Origin: Welwitschia mirabilis
Lineage: Eukaryota
DNA: 55,228 bases
NCBI GenBank assembly: GCA_051453625.1
Contig: JBOZIK010000001.1
Span: 43,207,811 to 43,263,038, forward strand
Direction: 5' to 3'
Numbering within the stretch: position 1 is the stretch's first letter; each line of letters begins with the position of its first letter. The position numbers were made by a program, and so were the translations under genes. Below, piece by piece: positions 11,597-24,604 of this stretch. A model generated the notes under the pieces. That model worked only from the letters and a program-made list of their open reading frames with translations. It was not told the origin of the DNA and ran no database searches.

Positions 11597-13915
11597 ATTA
11601 GGTTCTCTAGAAAAGGCAGGAAATGCATTCAAATTATTTAACTCTACATCATCTTTAATGAGTACATCAAATGGGTTTTGAAGTTCTCTCTTTCTATTAG
11701 CTAGCATATCCTTTAGGATAACATTTTAACTAGAGGATCCTTATATTTTATGTGAAGATTTATTAATGCCATAGAAGTAGGAGAATTAAGATGATTAGGA
11801 AAAGGAGGAAAGATAAGATTTTTATTAGAACTTTGTTGATTTTCAAATATTTTCAATGGTTTAGGAGTATGTGAATAAGAAATATTAAATGCAAAATAAT
11901 TATCTTACTTAATTAAAGACATAAACTTTTCTTTCTCACCTCAAGTTCTTAAATTAAAGTCCACCAAATTGTCTTTGACTTTTTCCTTAAGGAATCATCT
12001 TTCATAAGTGTGTTTTCCTTTATTACTGTTTACCATTATCCTACATAATCAAATTATGTTACAAAAAATTCCTTACATTTAAGTGGAAATAATCTCCAAG
12101 ATTACTCAAAGGTATAAGAAGTAGGATATATCAAATGAATGTAACAATCACTTAGATTACATAAAGATTAGACTAAGTTTATTAAAAGTAATAATCAATA
12201 TGGTAATCCATAAGATCACATGAAGTACAAGAAGTAGACTTAACAAAGATTGACAATCTCCTTCAAAGAAGGATTAGAACTAAGAAAAATAATTTTAAAA
12301 AATGTTGAAAACAAGTTGATTTCTAAATTATAAATTGCTAAATTGAAATATAAATCCTTCAAATTAAAGTTGTACTTGAAAGTAAAGGAAGAGCAATTAC
12401 AAAAAATCAGAAATAAAAATTAAAATTTTCAAGAAAAGGAGATTATAGTATACTCTAAATGGATAATCAAGAAATTTCTTGTAGGACAAAAGGTAACCAA
12501 GAAAATTTAAGAAGATTTAAGATGATAAAATAGAATACTACTTAAATAAGCAATTTTAATTTAATTTAAGATACTTACTCAAGTAATAACAATCTTTATT
12601 TTCTCTTAAATTCTTCCCTAACAATGATGCTAAAATGTTGCGATGTATATTTGTGCTTTCAATTCCAATATTATAGAGATTAAATTTGACTTAAAACACA
12701 TAAAATATAGATAATATAATTGTACATAATACACATTTTCATAATGGAATCAACCAAAATGTCTTACACTTAGAGAAGACTTATAAATGAGAAATTACTT
12801 ATAGAATAAAAGGTAATCAAGTAATTGCAAATAGACCAAAAGGATAAAATATAACACTATTCAAATAAGTAATTTGAAGTGAATTCAAGATACTTACTTG
12901 AGTAATGACAATCTTTATTTTCCCTTAAAATATTTCCTAGAAATGATGCAAAAATATTACAATGTGTATTTGTGCTTTTAATTCCAATACTATAAAGATT
13001 AAGTTTGACTTATAAAACCTAAAAACTTGACAACCTAATTGTACATAATATACATTTTCATAATGGAATCAGCCTAAATGTATTACGCTTAGAAAATACT
13101 TCTATCAAAAAATTTGGAAAATTAATTTTAAAAAGGCAAGAAGAACATATTTTTTTATTTTGGCCTTATAGGAAATGAAATTAAACAATACAAGAATGAA
13201 GAAGAAATGCAATGTAATGGAATGAAATAAAATGAAATGCAATTAGAATGAATGCAAATCTAATGAAATTAATTAACCAAATTTTCTATCTAGTACTTAT
13301 ATTATCAATTACAAATTCATGTTACTTTCATTGCAATTAAGATAAGGTATAAGGAAGAAACAATAAAGTATTTAAAAATAGTTCCAATTCAATCAATATT
13401 TTTATTAATAAAATTGAAGTACATCCACTTACAACAATAAATTATCAATGGAAGATTCACTACCTAACATCTAGGTAGTGCTTATTATAGGTAGGAATGA
13501 TCTCCTTACCTCCAATAATCTCTACTCATCATAAGAAAGATGATTTAAAATGAGGCCCAAAAGGGTTTATTTATAGGTTGGAATGGATGGTTAAGGGTTG
13601 CTAAGGGGGGTAAATTGAAAAAGCATGATTAATATATATTATTTTATAATAATTGTATTAGTTTTAAAAACTATTTTATTTTTCATCCTTTGTGTGATCC
13701 TTACAACATAGTGAACAACCACTCTAACCCCCAACTGAAGCTTAGCACATGTTGGCCATTAAACCGTTTCTGACTATTATCTTAGGTGTCATTCTAATGA
13801 CATTGGGAACAATTGTTAGATCCTATATAATTACATCTATTTACTCATCATTGTACAATGGCTAGCTCAACAACATACAAGATAACTATCATTTTTCATC
13901 TATCATCTAAATGAC
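11597..13915 (-). mobile_element. Older Athila-like element C: gag start, 5' UTR, PBS and 3' part of its 5' LTR
   Basis: 11600-11700 resembles the gag start of A (9560-9640) and is cut by A. PBS-like tagcatcattgttaggga at 12615-12632 follows LTR end GCAACA (12636). The LTR is interrupted by element D at 13916. Confidence 0.75.
12463..13101. repeat. ~320 bp tandem duplication spanning LTR end, PBS and splice donor of element C
   Basis: Units ~12463-12782 and ~12783-13101 are colinear and diverged. Each contains an LTR terminus (12636, 12955) and a PBS-like site. Confidence 0.85.
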
Positions 13916-15160
13916 TATTGTTGTGCATATTTATGCAAATGTTATATTCTTAAATAAATCTTATAAATAAAAAATATATAGATTTTACATAACATAATAC
14001 CCTAATATAAATGGAAATGACCTAAATATTATATTCTCATTGAAGGCATAGGGGGAATAAAGAGAATTACTTTGAAAATAAAACATTATGTATCCTTAAA
14101 AGTAGAATAAAATAATAATGCAAAAATAATAATAAAATACAAGACTAAACTAAATGTAACTTTCATTTGATTATCTAAGCCATCTATCACAGATATCAGT
14201 CCTATATAACCTAGATCAATCAAAAAAAGTTGTCACTAGATTAAAACCAATCTAAGCTATTAGGTATGTCAAACAAAATAAAAAACAATGCAAAGTTAAT
14301 TTGAAAAAGGAAATGTAATGCACCTAAACTAATAATATTAACTTAAAAAAGGTTACCCTCATGATCTATATTATCAAAGAAGCTATAATGGAATTAGATG
14401 CAACATAAACTATAAGAGAGATGCATAAAAGAAAAGATATAAAATGAAAAATAAATTTTTGGTTAAAGATGATTCAACATTGATGTTACAAAGCAGTAGC
14501 ACCTCAATGAAGGATACACATCCCAACACCAAGGAAGACATATATCTACAATAATAATAAATGAACCTCTGACCCTTTGATCTCTTTTCATGAGAATTTC
14601 TAATGCAAATGAAGATAAAAGTGGATTCAAAGGCAAAGGAGGTATTTATTACAAAATAGACTCTAAAATAATTAAAAAATCTAATAGGTATATGAATAAC
14701 CTTAACAACCACTAAGAAAGTGTAAGAGAACTGGCCAAAGTTTTGTGAATTTTAGTGAAGTATTTATCTTAGGAATTGTTTTATTGGTCATCCGAATATT
14801 ATAGGAGATGATGCCATCTTATAAAAGTTCTACATTAGCTACTAGATTGATCTAGTCAGTATCCTTCTTAGCTTAACTGTTTTTGTTGTTTGTATAGATG
14901 TCTAGATAATGAAGTGGATAATAGGATTTTATAGAGTTTTTCATGTGTTGCATTAATATCTTTATTTGTACGATTTTTTTCTTTAGATAAGAAATTTTAT
15001 AAATTGCTTCAAATGATGCATTAATGTAATAAAGATTACATGTTTCTGTGTCATTCATATTAGCTCTCCATTATCATTTAAATTTAGCATAAACCTATTT
15101 AATATCCTATAAAACTACTCAAAATACACTATCACATACATACAATTTAGTAGTGCAACA
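13916..15160 (-). repeat. 3' LTR of element D
   Basis: Colinear with 23080-24342. Starts TGTTGCACTACTAAATTGTATG adjacent to PPT aaatgagaggcta. Confidence 0.88.
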
Positions 15161-15625
15161 TAGCCTCTCATTTAGCCTTGTGATTCCATGACAAAACCAG
15201 GTGAACAACCATGATTACAAGCCAAATTGTTTAATAATAAAACAACTAGAAAACTATAAAATAAACTTAGAAATATTTTTAGGAATCTTAGAATATAGGA
15301 TTAAAAAGTCAAAAATATATAACTAAACATTCACCTATCTAGTGCAACTAGTTATATGGTCATGTTCGTGGTTATCTAGATAATGTATTAGATGATAGAT
15401 TAAAAAATATTCTTAAAAAATAGAAGTTTGGAGAAAATTTGTTTTAGAAATATAGACATTAAATATACTAATAATTAATAAATCCACACTAAAATGTACA
15501 ATAGATAAAATACAATCATGGATAATACAAATAGTCCTCCTCATGAAGTGTAAAAAATGATATGTAAAAGTATGCATAAAAATCTAATAATAAAAACATA
15601 CGTCATGCTAATAAGAAAAACATGT

Positions 15626-15660
15626 TATATATATATATATATATATATACATACATACAT
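15626..15660. repeat. (TA)n(CATA)n microsatellite
   Basis: Direct inspection. Confidence 0.95.
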
Positions 15661-15715
15661 GACTTTTATATAATATATGGAGTAGGAGAAGATACAAAAA
15701 TACAATAATGAAAAG

Positions 15716-16996
15716 TCACTTCCCTCATTGAATCATAATGAAATCCTGATAGGTGGTAGGTTTAGGTGCAAAAAGATAAGAGGAAGGATGCTCAAGATTA
15801 GTATAGAAACAATGATCAAGTGATGTCATAATAGTCCATATAATCTCATCTCCCTATACTTGCACTATCTTTGGAAGATCAACGATCACATTGTGATCTA
15901 TCTTTAGGACACTTATCTCATATCCGCCCATTGCCTCCTACTATGTTGCACTTTTCTATTAATCCTTTAGATCCTTTACTTTAATATGGAAATGCCTCAA
16001 TCTATACTTCCTCTGATAGTCTCAGTGGCCTCTGCCAAGAAGATCTGAATCTACTCTATAGAAGCACCACCTGTAGAACTCTACATCTAAGGTATATCTG
16101 CCTCTCTTATAACCTAGATGTTCATGTTCTATAGGTAATAAGCTAAAGTCTATATGTGTATGAATCACTACTAGCCTACAAGCTCTAGTATACCAAAGCA
16201 TCTAAACATAATTAAGAGAAGGCATGAATATCCTAGAGTCTAAAACTATCATGTGTCTACCATAAAACTGAGTTTCCTCTATATGAATGTGGGTAAGTCC
16301 ATCTACCCACCTTACCTAAACACTACTAATATCTATAAGTAGGCCACCATAACATGACTATTCAGAAAAGATGAGATGATGTTGTGAATCAGCCATTTAT
16401 CCAAAATATGATAGGAAAGGTTAACTATATCACCAAAACACCCCACCTACCTAGTGTCAAATTTGCTAGTGTATCTAATACTATGTTGTACATATAATGC
16501 TCTTCTATCCCATCAACTGAATGTATATGAATAATCCTAATACCCCTAAGATCTATTACCACTATAATGTAGTTTGGGAGGATGTTAATCTCATGGAACT
16601 AAATTATGGCTTTAATTGTATCTACTAGCTCCCCATGGGCATTGAGGCAATGTTCCATGTATGTGGTGTCATAGAATTTCCTAGTCTTAGATATAAAGTA
16701 TACCTCCTATGAATCTAAGATCTAGTGGAGTTATAAATCTATGAGTCTCTGATATACCTTTGGGACTAATTAGCTCATAAAATCCTCAAAGTATCTTTCA
16801 ACATAGATAGTAGCTGACTGGATAGTGAGAGATATAGCATGTCAAGGTGGAGCATGTGATGGCTCTACATGCTTCACCTCTAGTGGCACTAGTGACTCCA
16901 CCTCCAACTCAATAGCTTTAGCCTTAGCCTTAGCCTATCTAGATCTATGTATGCATAGCCTACTTAATCATATAGCTAAAATATGTCATATGGATC
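15716..16996 (-). pseudogene. Decayed extra ORF of Athila type (env-like / putative plant transposon protein family)
   Basis: Higher-GC block between integrase and PPT, sense to pol. Translates with stops to EVYFISKTRKFY, YHILDKWLIHNIIS..SHV, DLPTFI and IFMPSLI, resembling the VREFY / HNI.P / LPFPSLIT motifs of Athila extra ORFs. Preceded by acceptor-like tttgttttaag. Confidence 0.7.
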
Positions 16997-19079
16997 CTTA
17001 AAACAAATCCATTGATTTAAAAATGTGTAAAAATTGTAAAAATATGTATTACCTCTCTTAAAACTATTAATTTGTCCTATATTATCTAATTGAGCATAGA
17101 AAAATGTGAAATGTGCAAAAAGTTGAAAATTGTATTTTAGGTAGGCCCTACATAAAGTAAAAAATAAAAGTCTTAAATAAAAAATCTAATCCACTGGAAT
17201 TAAAGAGCACATTATCCTAATCAAATTTCCCTAAAGGAACACTATATTTCATCTTACAATTTGTGAGAAAATGAGTTTTAAAGTTAAAAACATAATCCTA
17301 TCTCTAAAATACACAATTTGTTATAACGTTTAAAATATGTAGCGAAAATCAAATTTATAAGTTACTAGTCAAAGAGATCAAAAAATTGGATAACATATGT
17401 GGAAACTATGCATTGAAAGGCTAAGAAATAGAAGAAAAAATTGAAAAAAATAAGGGAGAGAAAAACATACCTCATTTTTGAAAATTCATTGAAATCTAAA
17501 AATTTAGTGGACAAAGTTGGCAGGGACAAGGCTTAGCATATTGGCAACGATCAGGGGCACTATTATCTCTTAAGAAAATGGATGAAAGTAATAGAGAATG
17601 GAACAAAAATGAAGAAAAAATGATGACATTATAGTTTCATCACACAATTATCTCATCACATCATCCAGATAATAGCTTTAGGATGACTGTTAGAAAAAAT
17701 CTAGTGTCATTTTGATTGCCATCTAGATGACCAGGTGGATGATGGAACTTTTAAAAGTATTTAAAAATAAAAATGTCAAACTAACAAGTTAGACTCAGAT
17801 ATCTGTGTAAAGATATCAAAATGTGTAAAAAAACTTCAAAAAATAGGGAATAGTAAAAAGTTATTAAAAATCATGGTAATGAGGAAAACTGAAAATAAAC
17901 AAAAAATAAGGAAATAAAAACATACTAAATAGGTTAAAATTAATGAAGAAGACTATACAAATGTACCCAAACTAAAAAATAAATGGAAGAGTGTAAAAAT
18001 CTAAAAACAAATACAAAGAAATCTCATAACGATTGTGAAGAATAAAATAAGATCATTTAACTAAAATGCTAAAAATAATCAATGTGATATTGAAAGAAAC
18101 ACCATGAATAATAACAAGGAAACTATTGAATGATAAGGTCCTAGGTAAGGATGATAAGGTATGAAAACAACTTTGAAATAATAAACTAAAGAATCAAAGA
18201 AAAGCAGAATAAAAACAGACATGAGAAACATGAAGAAGATAGTTTACCTATCTCAAATTCTAACATAAAAATCCCCTTAGAAGATATTTTAAAGCTAACT
18301 AAAAATGGTAATTTTATTAAAAACAAAGTAAGATTGATATAAAATAGGTACATCCCAAAATACATCCAAATTCTCAAAAGTAAAACGATCATTTGGAAAT
18401 ACTAAAAGTATAAGAAACAAGTAATACCTTTGATGATACTAGAAATACTACTAATCCCATAGCCTTAAAGTTTATTACAACTTTCCATAATAGTGGGAGT
18501 TAAACCATGGTTAAAAACATAAGGACATACAAAGCATGACAAATTGATCCCTCGGTGGAGTTTCCATAGCTACCAACACTACCAAGTATTCCTTTCATAA
18601 ATATTTACCTAGTATGGATTGACATCATGGTGACCATGTATTTATTTTAGTAAAAATATTATAGATCATGGTTATTATTTTTTTTAATTTATTAAAATAA
18701 TTTTCATATGATCACATACTCAAAAATATGAAGGTGAATAAGTGATACAAAAGATAGAAAAGAACACACCTAAATAATCAAAGACCTTATACCATTGGGG
18801 AAAAAAATCACAAGAACTAAGGCATTTTCCTTAAAATTTAAGTTCATAGATATGAAAGTGTCTTAATAATGATAAATCCAATCTTAATACTATAAAATTC
18901 CCAAGTACAAATACTAGTTATAGAAACCCTTATAAATCAAATACATAAGTTAAGATTAAAAGATAATCAAATGATATCATAAAATACAGCAAAGGGATAA
19001 GCTAAGAGAGAACTTACACAGTAATAGGATGGAAGTCCTCCTCACTAAGAAAAACCTCTAAAAGAATCACTTCAACCAT

Positions 19080-20324
19080 GTTCAAGATTTCATCGAAAGA
19101 TTTTTCATATATTTTTAACTTTTATCCATTAACTTTTTAAATGTCCTTAGTTTGTAAGTTGGAAATATTAATAGAGCTATTAGAATGTAGTTTCTATATA
19201 AAATAAAGACCTAACCATTTAAAGGTCAACATGTTATATAAAAGATGTACTCTAGTATTGTATAAAAGAACAAGTTAACTAGGTTCAAATTTTTTATAAG
19301 GTAACTTTCTATTATGTTTGAACTTACCTTGGGCTTTGTAAATTAGATGACAATATATAGCATGAGGATGTTTTTCATGTAGGTGATTAAGTTATGCTAA
19401 TATATCTTTAAAATTTTTATGATGGTCTACAAAACTAAGTTATTGAGAAGAATAATAAGAGTTATAACACACATCAATAAGTAAAACACAAACTTTTCCA
19501 TATATAAGTTCATAAGGTGAAAAAACAAAATAATTATACTAAGTAGTATGGTAATCTCAACTAATATCATTAAGCTTAGAAGCCTAAGATTTCTTATTAA
19601 TAGAGATAAGTTTATATAGCATTTTTTTAATTTATATATTTGCATTTTTAGCTTGATCATTATTTTGTGTATTACAAGCATAAGGTATTCTATGTTCTAT
19701 TCCAATAGATAAAAGAAGTTTCTTAAAACATTGATTGATAAAATAAGTTCTTTAAACACTAATGGTAATCCTAGGAAAACTAAAAGGTTGAAAAATATAA
19801 GTCCTAAGCAAAAGTAGAAGCAGTTTAAGCATCATTTATAGAAGTAGGAATAGCTTCAAGCCATTTAGTACCATAATCAAAAACTATTAAAATGTAGTCC
19901 TTATCATTAGAAGGTGATTTAATAGGGTCTGTAAAATTAATTATCTAATAATCAAAAGAATCACATTTAAAAATAGTTTTAAGAGGCCTCTCTTGATAAT
20001 GAATAAGACTACCATAACATTAACAAGCATTAAACCTTCTAATAAAATTAAAAAAATCTTAAAAAATACTAAGCCAAGAAAAACCAAAGTGAAGGATTTT
20101 TGTAGATATTTTTTATCCACTAAAATAACCTCCAAAAATACCACTATGAAAAAGATGAAGGATGATTAGTTTTTCCCATTTAGGCATACATTTTTGCATG
20201 ACTTAGTCTTTGTACCTATGGTAAAGATATGGCTCTATTCATTTATAATTACCTATTCAATAGAGAAAATATTTTCTTTGATTATAAGTTTAATGCTATG
20301 TCATTTTTATGGTAATAAAATAAT
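19080..20324 (-). pseudogene. Integrase remnant of element D
   Basis: Colinear with A's integrase. Motifs NFTDPIKSPS, LIVFDYGTKWLEAIPTS, LYNTRVHL...KWLGLY and KVNG*KLKIY. Confidence 0.9.
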
Positions 20325-20750
20325 TGTTACGACACCAACTTAGATGTATTTGATAGGGTATTTTAAATTGTTTTGCAGATAAACTAACAGATAAAAGCCT
20401 AGTTCCTATGATAAACGAGAATCTAGGAGCATAAGATAAAAACGTACAGTTTATTAGATAATTCACGAATATTTCATGTAGATAAGGATAAATTATATTT
20501 TTAGATTATTATTCCTGAAAATAATAAGATATCACAATGATAAAGGGTGAAGAAAATATTGTCGTCCCCTCTGTCATCCACACGATAGGCAAGAAAACAA
20601 CCCTAATTAAGCGAAAAATAAACCTCTTCCAAAATAACTCATAGTTAAACTAAAGATCTTGTTATCAGACTCCATCATCCACCTCATCGTCTAAATGACA
20701 CTAGTAAATGACATCTCCAGAACTAGTTGATAGGAATTCGTATGCAATTC
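20325..20750 (+). mobile_element. Start of Athila-like LTR E inserted antisense into D's pol; runs into assembly gap
   Basis: TGTTACGACACCAACTTAGATGTATTTGATAGGG starts abruptly at 20325. It closely resembles the reverse complement of 34500-34768 and retains several CpGs. Confidence 0.85.
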
Positions 20751-20850
20751 NNNNNNNNNNNNNNNNNNNNNNNNNNNNNNNNNNNNNNNNNNNNNNNNNN
20801 NNNNNNNNNNNNNNNNNNNNNNNNNNNNNNNNNNNNNNNNNNNNNNNNNN

Positions 20851-22400
20851 CTTATCATTATTTAAAGGAGAAGAGAAAGTATAATTTTTTAAGATTTCTA
20901 TATCTTCTTCTTCTTGATCATTTTTATCACTTGTAATGTTAACGACTTATGGGTAGGAGGTGTCATATAATTTCCACTTCTTTTTATAACCTAATAATTC
21001 TTTTTTACATCGTTAGGGTTTGGTATAGGTTTTTACTGCAAGTGATCTTTGTGATTTTTGATTAGCAAACATAGTTTTTTGAAGAACATTAACAATATTT
21101 TCAATGTTTGAAGTTGTATTCTCTTAATATTTTCTTAATTTATTAATGGAATTTATAAGTGGGTTATTTTGGTTTTATCAATTTGATGTTCTTGCTTGAT
21201 AATTTGAGTTATTTAATTCAAAGTTTGAGTTATTTGTTTGAAAGTTAGCATTCTCAAATCTATTTTGAAATGTTTGAAAATTGGAATGATTTGCTTGAAA
21301 GTTTTTAAATTTGTTCTTAAAAGATTGAAGTTTGGGTATTCATTTATTATAGGTTGAAATTGTTTTTTATTTTATTTTTTATTTTGATTTTGGTTTTGGT
21401 TTTGATTTTTAAAGTTGGAATACTTTTGATTAAATGCATGCACCTCTTCATAAATCTTTCTTTTTATGTTGGTAATAAAGTATAATAATTTGTTACATGG
21501 TAGTTATCTTCATATAAATCACAAGTTGAAACCACAACTATAATTTTTTAGTTGCTACCTTATGTTATAGTAAAATCCTTAATAACATTAGTTGGTTCTT
21601 TCTTTGTGTTCACTTCCTCCTCCTCTTATTTAACTTTTTTAAAGACTTTTATAATTTGGTCTACTATATTATTTTCTTTAGGTGATGGCTTAGGCCATGT
21701 CTAACTTACTTCTACTAGTTCTTCCAACACTTTTAATGCATTTTATAATGTAAGATTTATCAAGTTTCCTCCACATGAAAAATCTACAAGTTGTTTTATT
21801 TGGTTATTAAATCCATTATAAAAGTAATCTATTAATTCTTCTTGAATAAAAGAATCTATAAGGTTATAATTCTTGGTAATAAAAAATCATTCATAGGTAG
21901 AGGCATAATCTTTATTAAGTTGTTATTGAAAATCCTTTACTTACTTCTTTCTTTTTCTTATGGTTGTTTCACTCATAAATCTTTTTATAAATACTTATTT
22001 AACTTGATTCTATGTTTTTAAACTTTTATGTGAAATAGTTCTTAACTATAGTTTAGCTTTTTATTTTCAAGTGATCAGAAAAATAACATATAAGTACAAT
22101 CATTAATTCATTTTTTACTAGTTCTAGAAGTAAATACTAATTGTTCGATGTTAGCTATATGATTGTAAGGGATCATTGTCATTTTCTCCATTAAAAATAA
22201 GACATGCATTTAAATTTCTTAACTCAACATATTTTCCAGGAGGTAGCTCAAAAGGGGTTTAGATTTCACATTTCTTATTTTCTATAAGTTCTTTAAGGAT
22301 GACATTAGCATTAGGATTTATGAGGATAATAATAGAGGTTCTAATAACAATAGGGGTATTAGGCAAAGTAACTTATTTTTGTTTTTTGTAATGAATTCAA
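20851..22400 (-). pseudogene. gag remnant of element D
   Basis: Colinear with A's gag (e.g. YFYNGLITK*NNL / FSCGGNLINLTL at ~21750-21830, and the Asn/Gln/Phe-rich low-complexity segment). Confidence 0.85.
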
Positions 22401-23079
22401 CATTGTAAAAAAATAATTTTTTTCTAAACTTGCTTGTAAACTATTTTTTAAAAATTTTCCTTTGAAAAATTAGATTCTAAAATAATAAATGTAGAAAAAT
22501 ATTCTTGTAAAAATTTTAAAATATTTTGCATACCTAGGGTGTGTATACCTAGGTTAAGTTTTTAGTCAATCAAATATTCTCAAATATCTTCTTTGATCAA
22601 TAGCTGCTCTCTTTAATATTTTACCTTTTTACTAGAATTTATCATGTTTTAGCATGCTCAATTCTATTTTAAATGCACTTTCTTTATGATTGTCTAGATG
22701 ATATATGTGGAGGACGATACATAAAAAAAACTTAAAAATAAAAAAATAGAATTATAAAATAATACAAAATGAAAATAAACTATCATCTACTAAGTCATCT
22801 AGATGATAGAGTGATGATAGGAAAATCCTAGTCCTTAAGAAAATTAAAAAACCTATGTCACATAAAGTGTCATCATCATGCATCATCTAAATGATGAGGT
22901 AAACAACAAGATGTTTATTTTGGAACACAAAATAAAAACTACAAAAAGGAAAACCTATGTTTCTATTGTAAAAATACAATGCTACTATAGGTAAAAACCC
23001 AAACTAAAATATAAAGAACTCACTTGAGTAATAATAATCCTCAAACTCTAAGCAGCCTTTTTAAATAATGGTGTCAAGA

Positions 23080-24342
23080 TGTTGTGATGCATATATTTGC
23101 AAACATTACATCCTTAAATAAATATTATAATCATAAATGTATAGATTTTGCCTAAGACAACGCACTAATATAGATGAGAGTGACTCAAATGTCATATTCT
23201 TATTAAAGGCTTAAGTAAGAAGAAACAAAATTAGTTTAAAAAATAAAACATTATATATCCTTAAGGTATAATAAAATAATAATATATAAATAACAATGTA
23301 AATGAACACACTATGCAAATAAAATGCAAGAATAATCTAAATGCAACTTTTGTTTCATTACCAAATTAATTGATCATAGAGATTGGTCCTATATAATCTA
23401 GATCAATTAAGAAAATCTATCACTAGATCAAGATCCACTTAAGATATCAGGTATGTCAAACAAGATATGAAAATAATGAAAAGTTAATTTAGAAAAGGAA
23501 ATGTAATTACTTAAACTAATAATATCAACCTTAACAAAGGGTTATCTCATGACCTATATCATCAGAAAAGTTATCATGAAATCAAAGGTAACATAAACCA
23601 TAAGGGATATGCAAAATAAAAGTTATGAAAAGAAAAACATAGTTTTGATTAAAGGCAAACAAACATTCATATTACAAAGTAACAGCACCTTATTGAAGGA
23701 TACATAGCCCAACACAAAGGAAGACATCTATTATAAAAACAATGGATGGAAATTTAATTCTTCAATCTCCTATCATAAGAATTTCTAGTAAAAATAAAGA
23801 TAAAATTAGAGTTAAAGAAGGATGAGGTATTTATTACAAAATAGACTCTAAAATAAAAAATGACTAATAGGCATGTGAATGATACTAATAAATATACAAG
23901 AAACTATGAGATAAATGGCCAAAGTTTAGTGAAGTTTAGTGAATTATTTATCTCAAGTGTCATCCTACTAGTCATCTGGATATCACAAGAGATGATCCCA
24001 CCTCATAAGAGTTCCATTTTAGCTACCAGATTGATCCATTTGGCAGCCTTTATAGCTTAGACATTTTTGTCATCCATACAATTATCTAGATGATAAGGTG
24101 GATGATAAGCTTTTATAGAGTTTTCTATGTATCGCATTAGCCTCTTTGTTTGTAAGATTTTTGCCTTATATAGGAAATATTATAAATTAATTTAAGTTCT
24201 ATAAAATGTAATAAATATTACATGTTTCTATGTCAGTCGTTATAGCTCTTCATTATCAATGACATTTAGCATAAACCTATCTAATGTCCTACAAAACTAC
24301 TTAAAATACCTTATAAAATACATATAATTTGGTAATGCAATA
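23080..24342 (-). repeat. 5' LTR of element D
   Basis: Ends CATCACAACA before PBS-like tgacaccattattt. Colinear with 13916-15160. Confidence 0.88.
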
Positions 24343-24604
24343 ATGATGTACTAGATGGATGTTATTCTACATGAGTTATTTTAATGACATAGTAAATAAT
24401 CCATTTCTATTGCTTGACTCCATCTTGATCATTGTTCTTTAATCCATCAACATGCTAAAATAGCTCCTTGTGTTACAAAGTTTTGCATTTCCTAACTTAT
24501 ATAGAAGCTTTGCATAATTTTGATAAATCCTTGAAAAACTTACCAATAGAATCTGAAAATGTGCTCCACAAGTGTGTTAAAGAGACCAATTTTGTTTTGC
24601 AACA
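24343..24604 (-). repeat. 5' part of the 5' LTR of element C (continuation beyond D)
   Basis: Resumes after D's TSD and ends at a family-like LTR start TGTTGCAAAACAAAATTGG (24604). Confidence 0.65.

Larger units (their letters stand above)
13916..24342 (-). mobile_element. Athila-like element D with extra (env-like) ORF, inserted in the LTR of C
   Basis: LTRs 13916-15160 and 23080-24342, TSD atgac (13911-13915) / atgat (24343-24347), PPT 15161-15173, PBS 23059-23076, plus gag and integrase remnants. Confidence 0.9.
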
